Positions 49,271-51,583 of a stretch of DNA of 51,583 nucleotides are shown here, piece by piece (position 1 is the stretch's first letter; each line of letters opens with the position of its first letter). Below the pieces are notes generated by a model. The model worked only from the letters and a program-made list of their open reading frames with translations, ran no database searches and was not told the DNA's origin. A program made the translations under genes and the position numbers. Source of the DNA: Callorhinchus milii (lineage: Eukaryota); NCBI RefSeq assembly GCF_018977255.1, contig NW_024705362.1:1-51583 (forward strand), read 5' to 3'.

Positions 49271-51583
49271 CAATCTTAACTATTTACCCTGGAAGGCCTC
49301 ATTGAGTCTAAAGACTGATTTTTGTCAGAAGTTTCCCATTGCATTGAGATATTTGGCAATTACATTAATGAGCGTTTGGCTCCGTGTGAGGAGAACCCAG
49401 AGAGACCCCCCCCCCACCCACCTTGCACATGGGGAAATAGCACAACTCTGCACAGATTCTACCCACACTCGATAAATAATTCAAACCGAGTTGTTTTCTT
49501 TTTACCGTTGTACTGTATAGAATTATTAAGTATAAATGCATCTTTATATTAAACTATTCTGAAAGATGTGTCCTTTATTTGCAAATGAGAATGTAATGTC
49601 GCAGATGCGACCACAGGCCAACTTGAATCTGCATGTAGTTTCTGGGCCTCTTCACTTCACCAACCCGCATTCACCAGTGTGGTGAAGTATGATTAAACAA
49701 CTCCCACGACTGACATGGTGTGGGGGAGGCCTCTATCAAACGCTGCATCGACAAGGGGCTGATATGTCACAACATTGTATGGTAAGACCGTTCTCTAGCC
49801 AACACGAGAAGTCTATGTAGAAAGACGATGCGGCACACGTGTACACGATGTTTGTGTGCGTACGTTCAGTGTGTATCACGTGCACAATTATATCAGGTCG
49901 CGATTATGCTCAAACATCACAAACAACTCTCGACGTCTCCAGAGCATGAACATTTCAAGTAGACACTGACCCTTGCCACGATTTGTATTTTACCAGGTAA
50001 GGGCCACGGAGCCATGTAGCTCTATTTCAGAAGAAACCTGGACACAAGTGAAAACTAAACGAAGTGGCTTATGTGGACATTTATAGCAGCCAAGTGCTCT
50101 AAACTCACGTTTCTAAATGTGGGGGGGGGGGGGGGGGGACCCGAAGGACCAGGAGAAGAATCTATGCGACCACGGGTGAAATAAAAATATACAAATACAG
50201 AGCAGGCGTCAGGGTCGGGATGGAACCTCCACGCTGCTGTAGGCCTGGCGAGGTAGTTAACATCTCGCCACCGCGGCGCCCCTTATTAAAAGCTTAGCCA
50301 TGTCCAGCAAGGTTATTGACTCACATCACTCGACTCACGGCACGACAAGTGATGTATTAAACAAAACAATAAAGTAGAGAGGCGCTACTGACATTTAACA
50401 ATGTTCTTAATTTAAAGCTTTCGTGACTGCAGGGATTCATATTCTTTGTTCTTTCGGTAAAGTCACGTAGAAGGGAAATAATTAAATAATATTCATATAA
50501 AACAATAAAAATTCTCACGACGTGTCGACTGCAACACAAGCAATCATCATCAGGTGTGAAATCCACAGAAAGAAATTTTGAAAAAAGTGGTGGTTTTTCC
50601 TAACATCAGCACCAAGGACAGCGATTTGGCAGTTTGCCAGATGGACGAGTCCATCTATGTTCGGTTAAGAGGAGGGGGGAGCAGAAAATGGAATGCGGTC
50701 TGAAAGTCACCGTAATCGTGAACACAATCAATTAAGACCCGAAATGGTTGATTAAATCCTTACAATTATTGCTAAGCCAGAAACCATCTTCTCGGTTGAA
50801 ATTGTCTCTATGTTTGTATATGTGGATAGCCTCATGAACGAACCTCTCATGGTAGCCAGATGGCTTGCAAAGAACCTCCAAGACAGAGGTTCTTTGCAAG
50901 CCACCTGGCTCTCATGGCCTACTTTAGGGTTAGGGTGGTTCTTTCGGTAAAGTAACGTCGATAGAAAATAAAAAATAAATCAAATAAAAATACAATAAAA
51001 ATATTAAATTTCAAATAAAAAAACCAAAAAACCCACATTCATATTCTTGGTTCTTTCAGGAAAGTCACGTAGTTAGAAAATGAAAAAAAAGTAATGAAAT
51101 ACAACTTTTATTTTAAAATAATAAAAACTTTTATTATTTTCAATTCATGATTTGTATTTTTTATTTTATTTTTATTTTCTATCGACGTAAAGAATATGGC
51201 GTGGATATGCTGCCATCTGCTGGCCATCAACGTGGCGTGCAGATGCTGCCAGGTGGGATTTGAGAGTGAGTGCGGTTGGTGAGGTGTGATTGGGTTGGTG
51301 AGTGAGGTTGGTGAGATGCGTGGTGAGTGTGTCGGTGAGCACTGGAGGATTCGCCTCCACGGCCGCCTTTGTCTCCCCCAGTGGCGATGTTCACTCCACA
51401 CCGCACCAGGTACCCATCTGAGGCTGAGTCGACCTCTCACTCTCTCACTGTCTCACTCACACTCACGCACTCACTCAAGCGCGAGTTCGCGTTGTCAGGC
51501 GATATAAAATAATTAATATTTCATGCCAGTTGGTTCTGAAGTGCGGCTGTTTGTAATTTGGGCGTTCGTAAGTCGAGGACTGT

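Noticed and set aside
685..51070. Recurrent GGTTCTTTCGGTAAAGTCACGTAG as a CRISPR-like repeat
   Set aside because: Dispersed, in both orientations and without regular spacers; it is the PLE terminus.

Overview
Eukaryotic, repeat-rich genomic DNA. It looks like vertebrate sequence, possibly lamprey, but that is an inference from GC-rich exons and repeat types. No intact host gene is visible. 1-34.8 kb and 47.5-51.6 kb form a mosaic of segmental duplications. They carry (i) a 5'-truncated Penelope-like element (PLE; RT + GIY-YIG) and about 15 short PLE termini, many as fold-back insertions with 11-12 bp TSDs and minimal type-I hammerhead ribozymes (CUGAnGA...GAAACGUC); (ii) solo LTRs (TGTA...TACA, 4-bp TSDs), a hAT MITE, a Helentron/HINE-like element, and RTE, L2, Vingi-like, Tigger and V-SINE relics; (iii) two orphan copies of fructosamine-3-kinase-family exon 1, four frameshifted exons of a probable NO VEIN-like gene, a C2H2 zinc-finger exon, and a ~1.87-kb tandem array (ZF exon + solo LTR + hammerhead) that runs into a 30-N gap. 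The ~12.6 kb after the gap (34863-~47461) has no repeats, low-complexity tracts or credible ORFs and looks like random sequence. It is most likely non-biological (synthetic, shuffled or an assembly artefact), and I found no system in it. All family assignments come from motif recognition by eye, not database searches.
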